Below are positions 37,149-49,858 of a stretch of 64,000 bases of DNA, one piece after another (the first letter of the stretch is position 1; every line of letters starts with the position of its first letter). The notes beneath the pieces are model-generated. The model had not been told where the DNA came from, ran no database searches, and saw only the letters and a program-made list of their open reading frames with translations. Origin of the DNA: Octopus sinensis (lineage: Eukaryota); contig NC_043019.1 in assembly GCF_006345805.1 (NCBI RefSeq), positions 16,367,360-16,431,359 on the forward strand. The letters are read 5' to 3'. The translations under genes and the position numbers were made by a program.

Positions 37149-37390
37149 GTAAGTATTTACGGAAAGGAAGATCTTCCGTGCTATTTGTTCTTATTGTTGT
37201 TGTTTAAAGGTCAACCTTAATTGAGCAACTCTTTAATCAAAGGCATTCCAGCCATGAACATCCAGTCTTTTCTATCACTGTCAAGAACTGCATTATTGAA
37301 AGTATTGCTTGTTTTCCAAGACAACTAACCACATTTGATTTGAGTGAAACATGGCTGTTATTTCTAGAATGTCAAGCGAACACATAGGGG

Positions 37391-37432
<42 letters not shown>

Positions 37433-37515
37433 GGTACGTAGCTTGTTTACACCTACTTTTTATTATTATATACAACCCCCCAAATAATAATAATAATAAT
37501 AATAATAAATAAGTA

Positions 37516-37920
37516 GGTGCAGGAGTGGCTGTGTGGTAAGTAGCTTGCTTACCAACCACATGGTTCCGGGTTCAGTCCCACTGCGTGGCATCTTGGGCAA
37601 GTGTCTTCTACTATAGCCTCGGGCCGACCAAAGCCTTGTGAGTGGATTTGGTAGACGGAAACTGAAAGAAGCCCTTCGTATATATGAATATATATATATA
37701 TGTGTGTGTGTATATGTTTGTGTGTCTGTGTTTGTCCCCTTAGTATTGCTTGACAACCGATGATGGTGTGTTTACGTCCCCGTCACTTAGCGGTTCGGCA
37801 AAAGAGACCGATAGAATAAGTACTGGGCTTACAAAGAATAAGTCCAGGGGTCGATTTGCTCGACTAAAGGCGGTGCTCCAGCATGGCCGCAGTCAAATGA
37901 CTGAAACAAGTAAAAGAGTA
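37516..37920 (+). mobile_element. Young full-length SINE family B with a target-duplication-like flank
   Basis: AAGTAGGTG occurs at 37511-37519 and 37921-37929; A/B-box-like head; complete tail. Confidence 0.9.
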
Positions 37921-38372
37921 AAGTAGGTGGAAACGCATGAACAAAATAAACAAAAACAAATTACATGAACGTATATAAACAGAAGATACAAATATTACAG
38001 GCATCCCCCCCACACACACTAACTAAATATAGACGCACATAGAGATATAAGCATGCGCAAATGAAGACACATTCAATAGAAATACAAAATGGCTGACGGT
38101 TAGTAAGGAGAGGCACACAAATAAGAAAGAAGAAAGCAAAGGACCACTGATGAGGTCACAGGAGTGTGACGAAAGAACTCTGGATGGAATAAGATTAAGA
38201 TTAATGTAAAAAATAAATAACACTGAAGCAAAATAACACCAAATATATAGTGCGTGTGTTTTTATTGGCTAAACTGGCAAAATGACCATTCCAAAATACA
38301 ACAAACAAGTAATAATTATAATAATGATAATAGTAATAATAATAATAATAATGCTATTGTTATTGTTGCCAG

Positions 38373-38506
38373 TAAATGACACATCAAGAGTGAAGAAAAA
38401 TCTTGCTAAGCGAAGTCATGACATTTGGTACGAGGCAAGGCTTCTGTCTTGCAATCATGAACGCCTGGAGAAACCCAAGAAGCTTTATGTCTATATGTCT
38501 CCAAAG
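38373..38506 (+). CDS. AREL1: Exon 8
   Basis: LNDTSRVKKNLAKRSHDIWYEARLLSCNHERLEKPKKLYVYMSPK (human KPKKVYCYVSPK); AAG|GTAAGT donor. Confidence 0.9.
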
Positions 38507-39163
38507 GTAAGTGTTGTGGTTTTAATAAATTTGTTGAATGAAAGACTGAGTGGGGGGGGGGAGAATAAAATGGAAAGGGAACTGCTTTGTGGTTTGCTTA
38601 GGTCAAAACAACCCCAACACCTTCCCACTGGCAAACCAATGTTCTGTCTAGTCGGTTGATATGCCCTGGCTATGTCCATCTAGGTGCTATGAAAAAGGTG
38701 TATCTATTTATTCTACGGGTTTCTCTTGCCAAACCACAAAGTTACCAAGTTACAAGAATGTAAACTAAGCAACGCCAGTTGTTGAGCAACATGGGTAGGT
38801 CGGTGGGAGGACAAAGAAACACATGTAACATTATTAAAGCTGTTTATTTGGAACATATATTAACATATATTAACATGTATTAACTTGAAATTTTGATGGA
38901 ACATTTTAATTAGGGTCATTTTAAAAATGACATTTGTGTCATAGAATCCTGTTTGGTCTCTGACAGACTGGAATCAGAAAATGGTTAATGACAATACCTA
39001 ATGATAAGATAATGGATTCTCATGATATTGCCTTTCTTTGGAACTCTCATTATTCCCAATCTACCCAAGTCATCTTCTTCAAATTAGAGAGATTTTCTCC
39101 CAAAATAACAATTCTTTGATTTTGTATAATTTTAATGTTTTTTCTTCTTTTTTGTTCTTGCAG

Positions 39164-39241
39164 CAATTAACACTGAAAGAATATTATTTCTTCTTATTCT
39201 CAAAAAAGCTTTTTACATTCCGTGTTTGTCCATCAACTAAG
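39164..39241 (+). CDS. AREL1: Exon 9
   Basis: QLTLKEYYFFLFSKKLFTFRVCPSTK (human QFSVKEFYLKIIPWRLYTFRVCPGTK). Confidence 0.92.
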
Positions 39242-40231
39242 GTAAGATGTTTACTTTTTTTATTTTTCTACAATCTGTAAATAAAAACTGTTTTTCTTGG
39301 CATAAAATATGCACGAGTGTATAAGAAGCAGTTTGATTCCAGCAGCTCATATTCAAGAAAAACATGGTTTTAGAGCATTAAAGAATGTTCTATGGCATCT
39401 AGCCATAGAACATTAATTTAAGGAGTTTCATCCATCTTATGACAGGACAGCATAGAAATGATGTTGGTGATGATGACCCCTCCCCATAATGCTAGCTCCA
39501 TGTCAACATGATGACCCTCCAGGTTTACCTCAAAAGCACATTTCCCTTAAATTGTACCATCTGTCTCAATTTCCTTTCATTGTAATTTTTGGGGTATTTA
39601 CCTTTATAAGACAGAAAAAGAGTTACCAACAGGTGGCGAAAGGATTCGAATCCTTACCCCTCTGCTTTCGAAATTTACTTTCATGTCTGTAAACTACCAA
39701 AGACATTCAATGCTTCCTAAGTTTGTTTATATCGAATACACATCTCTTCCATCTTCGACCCAGTACCCTCTCAGTTTTACCTCAAATTCACCAGGATTCC
39801 CCCCCCCTTTTTTTTAGCTACAAATGATACCTTACCTCATTTCCCACCCCCAATTTTACCCAGCTATTTTTGTTTCCTACCTTGTATATCCCAGTTTTAC
39901 CACATTCATCACCATGTGTTTTGGCCAGTATTATTTCCCTTCTCAAATCCACCAATTGCATCCTCCCCACATGCGACATTTGATGGCTTATAAGATGCAC
40001 ATCATTTGTTCCAATGTCTCAAAAGACTCACTCTAGGTCCTCCCATATGCAAAGTTCAGCCTGTAATATATGCTTTAACTATTTTACTTCCTGAATATGA
40101 GCTGCTGAAATTGGGGTGTATCTTTTATGCTTATGCATCCTAAATGTCACCAAATATGGTCCATCTTTGTCCATGTTTAGTTCTTACTAGAAAGCATCTT
40201 ATGATCATCAGAAAAATAGAAAAGTGGTTAA

Positions 40232-40631
40232 TCTTTATATATAAAAGTGAGGTTGTGTGCTGTCTGTCTCCTACGATTTAGATTCCTAACTACTCCCACA
40301 TTTTGCAGTGCAGTTTAACCAAAAGCGAGTATCTTATAGTCGTGATTCATATCGAGCCCTTCTGGGTATTAGCGCACGTCTACGATGAGTCTACGATTTA
40401 AAAAAAAATTTACCATCATTTTTTCCATTTTAATGCATTTTTTCGCTATTATATAAGGGAAGTAACTCTCTAAAAATGTCTACAATGAGTCAACGATTTA
40501 AACAAAAATTTACCATAATTTTTTTTCCATTTTTAATGCATTTTTTTGCTATTTTTTGGCTATAACTTTCTAAAAATGCTTATATAGTTATTTCCCTTAC
40601 AAACCTGAGCAACGCCGGGCGATACTGCTAG
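40232..40631 (+). mobile_element. 400-bp non-autonomous Helitron
   Basis: A|TCTTTATATATAAAAG at the 5' end; 3' hairpin CCTGAGCAACGCCGGG followed by CTAG|T; no target duplication; internal ~75-bp duplication. Confidence 0.85.
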
Positions 40632-41424
40632 TTTAATTATAAAAATTTAGATGAGAAACAATATTGAAATGTCTTTCATTCTCACAATTCTCAGTTGCCT
40701 CCAACTTTTTCTTCTCCCTTCCACTCAACCCCTTTCCTTCCCACTCTACCCCTCTCCTACCTAACAATTTCTCTGTCATCTATATATATGTATATGTATG
40801 TATGGTTGCAAGCTGGCAGAATCATTAGGACGCCTGGCAAAATGCTGAGTGGTATTTCGTCTTCTGTTACGTTCTGAGTTCACATTCCACCAAGGTTGAC
40901 TTTGCCTTTCACCCTTTCGGGGTCAATTAAATAAGTAATAAGTACCCGTTACACACTGGGTTCGATGTAATCAACTTAATCCCTTTGTCTGTCCTTGTTT
41001 GTCCCCCCTCTATGTTTAGCCCCGTGTGGACAATAACGAAATATATATATATATGTTTGTGTGTGTGTGTGTGTGTGTGTGCTAATATCAAACAGTGAGA
41101 ATGAGTGCTCAACACTGCAGTGGTGGATAAATATTCATTATTTGTGGCTTAACAAGGTTACCAATGGTTTCACGTAAAGAGGAATCTCTCCTTACAATTA
41201 TCAAGCTTTTACCTGAGAACGTTGGTACTTGTCTCCATTTTGGAGGAGAATATATGTATGTATGAATGTATGTACGTCCTTCCCCTCCCCTCATTTTCCC
41301 CACCAATCACTTTTTATCTCTCATTCACCTCTCTTCTCCGTTCCAAATATGCCATCTCTCCTCAGTTCCTTATTTCTCCCTGGAATTCATTTTTTTCTTC
41401 CCCCACTCCGCTTTTCTTTTCCAG

Positions 41425-41569
41425 TTTTACTTCAATGGCTTCGTCAACCAGTACGATAACGAGCCTGTCTTCACCATAGACGATGGTTCGCAACCCCCTG
41501 TTGTCCTAGCGGCCAAAGAACGCAACATCATTGCTGCCACTTTTACCAGTTTCTTACTGAAGAACATCG
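41425..41569 (+). CDS. AREL1: Exon 10
   Basis: FYFNGF...FTIDDGSQPPVVLAAKERNIIAATFTSFLLKNIG (human VDDGIQPPVELSCKERNILAATF). Confidence 0.93.
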
Positions 41570-41751
41570 GTAAATTCTTGCTTTCATTCACTGATTTAAT
41601 TCAATAAGGGGAGATGGCGGTGCAGCAGCAGCAGCAGTTGTTGTTGTTTAGCCCCAGGTCATCCTTGTCATAGGCTGTCCAGTCATAACACATTTTCTTT
41701 CCAGACACAGTTTATCAAGGACTACAATATCCAATGTGTCATTTTAAAATA

Positions 41752-42473
41752 AGGTAATTTTTCAGAGTAACACCCGCATGATTTTCACTAAGAAAAAAGA
41801 AAAAACTTGGATTTTTTGCTTGGAATCGAGTACCCTGACCTCCTGATATGCTGCAAATCCCTTATTTTGGTTTGGAAAGGGGAGGGATGTGAAGGGGAAA
41901 CCACCCCCAGGTCCCAGATTCATTGGAAACTTTTTTTTTTTTTTTTCATTGAATGAATTCCTGTGACACCCTAATATGCTACAAAACCCCTTTTGGGGTC
42001 CGAAAAATGGAGTTGGGTGAGGTGGTAGCCTTGGAAATTTTACTCACCCCTACCCCCATTGATCTTTTCAGGGTTAGAGTTTTAGGATTAGGGTTAGGGA
42101 AATCCGTCCCGGATTCATTGGAAATATTTTTTTCCTTAGTGAAAATCGTGCTGGTGAAAAGATCAATGGGGGTAGGGGTGGGTGAAATTTCCGAGGCTTC
42201 CACCTCACTCCCACTCTGTTTTTTGGACCCCAAAAAGAGTTTTGTAGCATATTAGGATGTTACAGGAATTCATTCAACGGAAAAAAAAATTCCAATGAAT
42301 CTGGGACTGGGGGGTGGGGAAACCCCCCCTCTCCCCTTTTCCCGAACCAAAATAAGGGATTTGCAGCATATTAGGAGGTCAGGGTACTTGATTCCACACA
42401 AAATATCCGAGTTTTTGTTGGTTTTTTTTTTAAATAGTGAAAATCATTCGGGTGTTACTCTGAAAAATTACCT
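41752..42473. mobile_element. Third foldback element (different TIR), in intron 10
   Basis: AGGTAATTTTTCAGAGTAACACCC...GGGTGTTACTCTGAAAAATTACCT; arms pair inward to ~42068/42156; AAAATA at 41746-41751 and 42474-42479; internal TTAGGG-like tract. Confidence 0.85.
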
Positions 42474-43959
42474 AAAATAGTATGGTATGATTTGAGAGGG
42501 AATTGGCTGCTATTTCTAGTAGGCCAAGTAACCACACAGTTGTTCTCTTGTTGGCTCAGCTCCATAAGTCACAAAGAGGACAGAGTCATAAGGAGTAAGG
42601 GGGGGATGAACTGTTATTGTTGTTTAGCCCTGAGTCTGTCCTGGTTGAACAGGCATAAAGACAACTGCCTTGTCTTCTTTGGAATATCAAGGGTCACAAT
42701 GAAACTGTGTCCTTCCGTTTTTATCTAAGAGAATTTGAGTGGTACTGGAGGGAGATTAGGCTGTTATTTCTAACAGCTGGAATGACCACATACCATGCTC
42801 CCTTCTTGGCTCACTGTCAGTGACAGTCTTAAGGTCACATAATTGTAAGGAATAAGGTGGTGAACGTGACAGCGGCAGTGGTGCTGCTTCTCACCATCAT
42901 TCCAACCATGACCCACTCTTTGTTTTTCTTTTAAGACTATCTTGGACCATATTATTTAATGTCTTGAGAATGATTTGACTGTTATTTCTAGCATGTTGAG
43001 TGGTTACATTGTGGCTCATTCCATGGCTTATGAATTTAACCTTTAACTCCCATTGTATTACTGGTATTTCATGCACAACTGGAGGGATGGGATGGAGAGA
43101 GAGTCAACTATGAACTTATATGAATTTGTTGGACAAGCATCTTCTGCTATAACCCTAGGCCAGCCAATGCCTTGGATCTGGTAAATGGAAACTATGTGGA
43201 AGCCCATCAGATGGTTGTGTGTGTGTTTGGGTTTCGTACATGCACACCAATTGATAACCAAAGTTGGTTTGTTTATGTCCCACATTACTGAGCAATTCAT
43301 CAAAAGAAACTGATAAAATAATACCAACCTTTGAAAACTGAGGTCAATTTACACAACTAAATTCTTTCACTGCAGTACTCCAGCATGGCCACAACAGTTC
43401 AATGCTGGAAAGAAGCAAAAATTAAAAGATGAAGACTCACGCGCTTCTCTTTCCTCAGACTCTGAGATTTCATTTTGCATTTAATAAACACTCTTTTCTT
43501 ATTTTATTTTCTGGAAACTTGGCTTTTTCTGATTTTTTTTTCTTTTCAAGCTTTGTGGTTAAGAAGCTTGCTTCCAAACCACATGGTTCCAGTTTCAGGC
43601 CCACTGCATGGCATTTTAGGCAAGTGTCTTCTACTATACACCTGGTCTGACCAAAACTGTATGAGTGGATTTGGTGGATGGAAACTGAAAGAAGCCCATT
43701 ATATATATTTTGTGTGAGTGTGTGTATGTTTGCACCTCACATGATTGTTGTAAATATTCATTTCTAATGTTCTGCAAAACCATGCCTGGCCATGGGGAGA
43801 TATTACCTTGCATAAAAACAGTAAGGGTTGGTGACAGGAAGGGCATCTGGCTGTAGAAATTCTGCCCTCCATGAATTTCACCTGACCCACACAAGCATGG
43901 AAAATGAGAGGGTATCTTTGTTACTGCTTGCAATGAGCTTTTTTAAATTTTCGTTCCAG

Positions 43960-44081
43960 GAGGATCCGAGACGTTCCAGGATAAGCAGAATTTCTTTAAT
44001 CATGAGATCCGTCAGCTTCACCACAAACGAGCCCATGACCGCTTACAATTCACAACCAACCGGCACAGCATTTTACAGAGT
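43960..44081 (+). CDS. AREL1: Exon 11: approach to the HECT domain
   Basis: GGSETFQDKQNFFNHEIRQLHHKRAHDRLQFTTNRHSILQS. Not in the ORF track frame; translated by hand. AGT|GTAAGT donor. Confidence 0.93.
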
Positions 44082-44738
44082 GTAAGTGGTAGTCTTACCG
44101 TTCCTTTGCATCCCAAATACTGACAGTTCCCCCCCCCCATGTTTCTCCTGTGGGTGTGGAGTATATATTGTTGTTTTGTTTCATCTGCCAAGTCCAGCTT
44201 GGCTGTCATTTGTCTTTGAGGTAATCTGTGGAAGGAGCTTTGTAAAAGAAGTCCTTGTGTTCATCTGTGAGTTTTGGTTGGAGAATATCAACTCTGAAAT
44301 ATCTATGTATGGGAGAGGCGTGTGCATGTGTGTATGTGTGTGTGTGTGTGTCCAATCCATGCCAGCCTGGAAAATGGACATCAGACAATGAGGATGATGA
44401 TGATGTGAGTGTCTGTGTGTGGTGATCACATGACTCCTGTTCTTTTGTCAGTCATTCAGTGATATCATTCTCTGTACTTGCCAAATGCTTTACTCCAAAG
44501 CATAAAGTCTATTGTGTTCTAACAACTGGTTACTTAGTATCACTAGACCTGAGAGAGATCATAATACATATGTAAAATGTGTGTGTGAATGTGTATATGC
44601 ACCCTACCCCCACCCCCACATATATATATCATCATCATCATCATCATCTTTTAACATCCGCTTTCCATGCTGGCATAAGTTAAGCAGTATATATACACAC
44701 TCTCACTTGATTTCTCATTTTCCTTTTGCCATTTTCAG

Positions 44739-44814
44739 TCCTACAAAGTCACCAAAAATTTCGACGTATCAGATTGGTGTCGGAATTTTGAAATCACATT
44801 CTTTGGAGAAGAAG
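44739..44814 (+). CDS. AREL1: Exon 12: HECT N-lobe start
   Basis: SYKVTKNFDVSDWCRNFEITFFGEEG (human SLKATRNFSISDWSKNFEVVFQDEEA); TTTTCAG| acceptor; G|GTAACT donor. Confidence 0.9.
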
Positions 44815-45450
44815 GTAACTTTTATTCTTATTTGTTTTTTTAAGTGCATACTTCTCTTAAATTGTTCCTATCCTCTTCATCCACATCTTCTCTTCCTCTT
44901 CCTCATCTTTGGCTGCCATTCTTTCTTCTCTTGTTCTCTTCTCAGTCTACTTTTTCTTGCTAAAAAAAGTCTTTTGTGTCATTCGATATTTCTTCTGCAT
45001 TCCACCTTGAACATTTTCTAATTTCTACTTGTTCTTCAGCCCCAGGCCAGCCTATGATCAAATAGTCCAACCTATGATCAAATCCCTTCTGATTCAGTCA
45101 TCCCATCTTTTTGTCAGACATATCTCAGACTCTCTTATCCAATTAATCCTTCCTTTTTGTGTCACTAAAATTGGGAGTCATGGCAACCATTGTTGAGTCA
45201 TGGCAACCGTTGCCATCTTGTTTGTTTGTTTGGGTTTTTTTCCCTCATGAAGACATAAATATCTTTCTAGGTTTACATGATTCAACATCCTTCCTTATTG
45301 TGATTTGAGAGAGATTTGGTTGCTATTTCTAGCATATTTTTTGTGATTCCATGAATGCTCTTTCATTGACTTCCTTTCTCTGCTGACCAATGCTAACATT
45401 GCTCACCTCTGCTGACCTGTTGCTAATGACCATGTTTGTTTACTTTTTAG

Positions 45451-45566
45451 GTCTGGACTGGGGTGGGCTGAGACGAGAATGGTTTGAAATTTTGTGTACG
45501 GAACTGTTTGATCCAAATGCTTCAGGCCTTTTCAAAAGATTTGCAGCAGATGATTCACAAGGTCTG
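45451..45566 (+). CDS. AREL1: Exon 13: HECT N-lobe
   Basis: GLDWGGLRREWFEILCTELFDPNASGLFKRFAADDSQGL. Confidence 0.94.
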
Positions 45567-46968
45567 GTGAGTAAACTTCAGTAAGTGGTGTGTTGGTGCG
45601 TGTGTGTGCATCTGTATTGTGTGTATGAATTACATCACTCAATTAATGTTTGTGGTGTGTGTAAGTGTGCACCTGGATAAATACCTTATCCAGGTGCTTG
45701 GATCCTCAAGTCCTGACAGAGTCATAGAGACTTCATCATAAAGTACAGCATGTCTTGGACAACTTATGAAACCCGGATGAATCCACCCCTTTCAAGGTCT
45801 GACTACAGCTGTTTCCTTCCAGAAAAAGACAGGACATACGAGGAACTAGCAGAATTATTAGCATTCCAGGCATTTCTGCTGACTTCTAATGTTCTGGGTT
45901 CAAATGCTGCCAAGTTTTACTTTGCCTTTCATCCTTTTGGGGGTTGATTAAATAAGTACCAGTTGCATACTGGGGTCATTATAATCACCCCCACCCCTGT
46001 GCCTAGAGTAGAAAGGATTATCTGTAGAAAGGTGAAGTTGGTCTCCTTGGCATTCCAGCTCTGACTACAGACAGATGGAACAAACACAGTGAAATATTTT
46101 ATCCAATATTCTAATGATTCTGACCTAATCCACTTCCTGCCTACCTCCCTATTAAAGCTGTGTACCCGGCTGAGAAATAAGGTTCTCTTCACATGGACCC
46201 ATCTGATGCTGGGCCTTTGTGCCTGAAATACATAAAGGTTGTTAAACTTTTTACTTTTCGCTTTGTAAGAAGCTCTCTATCTTCACCATTTTGTTGTTGT
46301 ACATCTTTATCATAACGCTTCAAGTTACAACATTCTGTAAAGAATTCTAATGTAAAGTATATGTTATGTGCCTTTCTTGCCCTCCAGAAATCCCTACCCA
46401 GGACCACAATTGTTCTCTAGGCACCTAATTATTGGTTAAGGAAACATCATGGCTTGTAGCATCTGTTTCCTTTAACTTCCAGTTCTAAATTCTAGAATAT
46501 CTTTGAAATAAAAGACAAGAAGTGGTCACTGTTCAAACATCAATCAAATGATGAATATTAATGATTAACAAGATTAATGATTATAGCTAAAAACAACAAC
46601 AGCATAATCAATTACAAATTTTTTCTCTCTACTTTCACTTTCCATATTTTTTGTAGTTGGTGTGTCTGTTTTCTTCATCTTCCTTCTCTTCCATCTTCTC
46701 CCTCCCCCTCTCTCTTTTCTCTATAATCACATTCTTCCTTTGTCTTCATCTTTTATCATATTCCTCTCTATTTTTCCCTCTCACTCACACAGCTTTCTCC
46801 TCCCCCTCCTCTTGTCATTCCTTTCCCCCCACCACTTTACTCTTTTTCTTTATTCCTTTCCCATGTTTTCCTCCTCCTCCTCTATATAATTTCTCCCTCT
46901 CTCCTTCCTTCCTTACTCTCCACTCTCTTCCAATCTCAGTTTTCTCTCTTTTTTTTCATTCTCCACAG

Positions 46969-47148
46969 GTCCACCCCAATAACAAACGTCTGCTAACACA
47001 GAAGCCAAAATACTATGAATTTGCCGGCAAGATAGTTGCCAAATGCCTCTATGAGTCATCCCTGGGTGGTACCTACAAACAGCTGGTGAAGGCCAAATTC
47101 TCCCGATCATTCCTTGCCCAACTCATTGGTTTACGTGTCAATTACAAG
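46969..47148 (+). CDS. AREL1: Exon 14: HECT N-lobe
   Basis: VHPNNKR..YEFAGKIVAKCLYESSLGGTYKQLVKAKFSRSFLAQLIGLRVNYK. Confidence 0.95.
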
Positions 47149-48496
47149 GTGAGACAAAATTTATTTTAAAATAAATTAATTAAGAAACATCATCATTGTC
47201 ACCATCAACATCATCATCATCAACATCTTCATCATTATTAACTGCAAAGAAAAGCCACTCTGGTTTTTGGTTCTGTAAGTTTTTGCCAAATTTTCCTATT
47301 TTCCACTCTTTTGGCTGCCAATTTAGTTGGTTCTTGTTAACCATCACCTACTTCATCTGGGTGAAGTTGGTTTTGTGTGAGTAGAACACTTCAGTTCTTC
47401 CAGTTATTTGGAACAGGGGGCTATGGCTAGGGATCTGAATGGACCTTTGAATTACAGGAGTACAATCTATTTGATGGGCTTCTGCACAGTTTTCATCTCA
47501 CCAATTCCACTCACAAGGCATCAGTTGACTGGAAACTGTGGTAAAAAGATACTTGTACAAGTGCCATGAGGAGGGATTGAACCTGAGGCTGAATGATTGC
47601 AAAACACACTACTTAGCCACATTCTGTACTTGTGTACACACACACATACATTTAAAATTTTTTTCAAAGTTACAAAATCTTAATTTCTCTTTAAAAACAA
47701 AAAAAAGATAGAGTTGACCAATTTCATAAAAATGTTTGACAAATTAAATGAAGAGAATGAGAGAATCCAAAGAGTGAGTAGCAGAGAAAGTGAGAAAAGG
47801 ATTCGCTTCTGAAAATTCTAGCATTCCTGATGCTGCTACATTTGGAACTGAAGGCAATTTTATTGTCATGGCAACAGCAAACACAATAACACAATAGGCC
47901 CTTCACATTCATTGGCTAACCACTTTACAGGGTGTGTAATGGAGATGGGTATATTGTGGTACAAGCACCAGAAAGGTTGCCCTTGTCTCCAGAAAAACCA
48001 AAGAGTTCTCTCTTCCTTACATTTTCTGCATTTGTTTGGTCATTTTATCACTGGAGGGTGCTTTGCACAGGTAGAATGAAGAGAGGTGGATGAAAGAGAA
48101 GCCGGGCAAGAGGGTGAAAGAGGAAAGAGTAAAAGAAGAGATAGAGAGTGATAGACAGCTATATGAGGATTGTTGGTAAAGAGGTTCGATAGAAACAACC
48201 TGAGGAAAGAGAGAATGATATTGAAGGTAGGGTGATAAAAAGATGGAGTGGTGAAGGTGAGAGATTGATGAGAGGGAGAGAGAGAGAGAGAGGGTAGGAT
48301 GGATGGATGGAAACCAACAATCTGTGATGGAGGAAGAGGGAATAATGTGGGAAGCATGATGGATAGTATTGAAGATGAGTGATGGTAAAGTGGTGCAAGT
48401 AAAGGGTTTCAGTAATGAGTGATAGAAGAGGAAGTAATGGGAGAGGGAGAGTGATGACTAGCAATAAAACACACATCTATATGCATACCCATAAAA

Positions 48497-48726
48497 GGCG
48501 GCGAGCTGGCAGAAACGTTAGCACGCCGAGCGAAATGCTTAGCGGTATTTCGTCTGTCGTTACATTGTGAGTTCAAATTCCGCCGAAGTCGACTTTGCCT
48601 TTTATCCTTTCGGGGTCGATAAATTAAGTACCAGTTACGCACTGGGGTCGATGTAGTCGACTTAATCCCTTTGTCTGTCCTTGTTTGTCCCCTCTATGTT
48701 TAGCCCCTTGTGGGTAGTAAAGAAAT
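48497..48726 (+). mobile_element. Near-intact SINE family A
   Basis: The CpG-rich head GGCGGCGAGCTGGCAGAAACGTTAGCACGCCG...GAGTTCAAATTCCGCC is retained, through the tail GTAAAGAAATA. Confidence 0.88.
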
Positions 48727-49601
48727 ATATATGCATACCTATACAAGACAGAGAAATGGCCAAGTTGACAAGATTTCTCTTTCAAATTAGTATTTATAAC
48801 ATTTCATATCAGGTGAGCAGTCTTTTTTTTATTCTAACTTCAAAACATTTTTATTTCATTATTTTTTCTGTATTATTGGATTAAAATTGTTATCTGGGTT
48901 TCTAACTTTGTCTTTTACATATTTCTCTTGGTTTTGTATCTTTGTGTGAAGTCACAATGGCTTTGTGGTTAGGGTGTTTGGCTCCCAATCATAAGATTGT
49001 GAGTTCAAAATGCAGTGGCTCATTGAGGCCTTGAGCAAGACACTTTGTTTCACGTTGCTCCAGTCCACTCAGCTGGCAAAGATGTGTTGTGCCTGGAATT
49101 TCAAAGGGCCAGGTTTGTCACAGTCTGTGTCACACCGAATCTCTCTCAGAACTATGTTAATGATACGTGTGTCTTTGGTGTACTCAGCCACTTGCACATT
49201 AACTTCATGAGCAGGTTGTTGCATTGATCGGATCAACTGAAACCTTCATCGTCGTAATTAATGGATTGCCAGTTATTATCTGTGTTTGATACAAAATAAA
49301 AACAAACATCTTCTAAGAGACACTCAAACACACACACACATAACCACACAAAACACACACACGCACGCACACACACACACACGCACGCACACACACACAC
49401 ACTAATCTCTCTTCCCCTGACTAAATTTTAAATTTGCTTCTGCAGCTGCCTTCTGTTTCCCATTCTACTTTTAATTAATCATACTTTTAATTAATCATCC
49501 TAAATTCTCTTCCCTCGGCCTAATTGATGACGACACTCATAACTCTGCCATCAGTTTTCGTGTTTCAGTGCTTTTTTTTGTTTATTTGTTTATTTTTGCA
49601 G

Positions 49602-49730
49602 TATTTTGAAACTGATGATCCAGAACTCTACAAGACCAAAATTTTATACATTGAAGAAAATGATGTTTCTGACATGGAGCTGACATTCTCTGAAGAGGAA
49701 TATAACGAGGAAACTGGACAGTTAATAAGG
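49602..49730 (+). CDS. AREL1: Exon 15: HECT E2-binding subdomain (last exon seen)
   Basis: YFETDDPELYKTKILYIEENDVSDMELTFSEEEYNEETGQLIR; AGG|GTGAGT donor. Confidence 0.94.
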
Positions 49731-49732
49731 GT

Positions 49733-49858
49733 GAGTAGACACTCCAAAGTGTTGAGTGGACACTCCATTATGTTGAGTAGACACTCCAATATGTCGAGTA
49801 GACACTCCACTTTGTTCAGTAGACATTCCGTTATGTTGAGCAGACACTCCATTATATT
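49733..49858. repeat. 21-bp minisatellite, 6 units, overlapping the exon 15 donor
   Basis: GAGTAGACACTCCnnnnTGTT units start at 49733, 49754, 49775, 49796, 49817 and 49838. Confidence 0.85.

Larger units (their letters stand above)
12950..49730 (+). other. AREL1: Gene model: AREL1-like filamin-repeat HECT E3 ubiquitin ligase, 15 coding exons in the window, 3'-incomplete
   Basis: The spliced 788-codon frame has GT-AG junctions and compatible phases throughout. Motifs match human AREL1 as I recall it (SCRVIWDW, GGSETFQDK, LDWGG.RREWFE, YESSLGG.YKQLV, YFETDDPE). Confidence 0.92.

Noticed and set aside
37516-37590. tRNA gene (A/B-box-like motifs; also in family A heads)
   Set aside because: These are heads of multi-copy SINEs with long non-tRNA bodies; no complete cloverleaf is seen.
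43957-43962. CAG-GAG tandem acceptor at exon 11
   Set aside because: GAG is a poor acceptor, and the conserved GGSETF motif requires the first AG.
46657-46968. Hydrophobic Phe/Leu/Ser-rich extension of the exon 14 ORF (likewise before exons 6, 9 and 10)
   Set aside because: These are intronic polypyrimidine tracts read in frame; the phase-consistent acceptors lie downstream.
49733-49858. CRISPR-like appearance of regularly spaced repeats
   Set aside because: They are head-to-tail 21-bp units without unique spacers, in a eukaryotic intron, with no cas genes.
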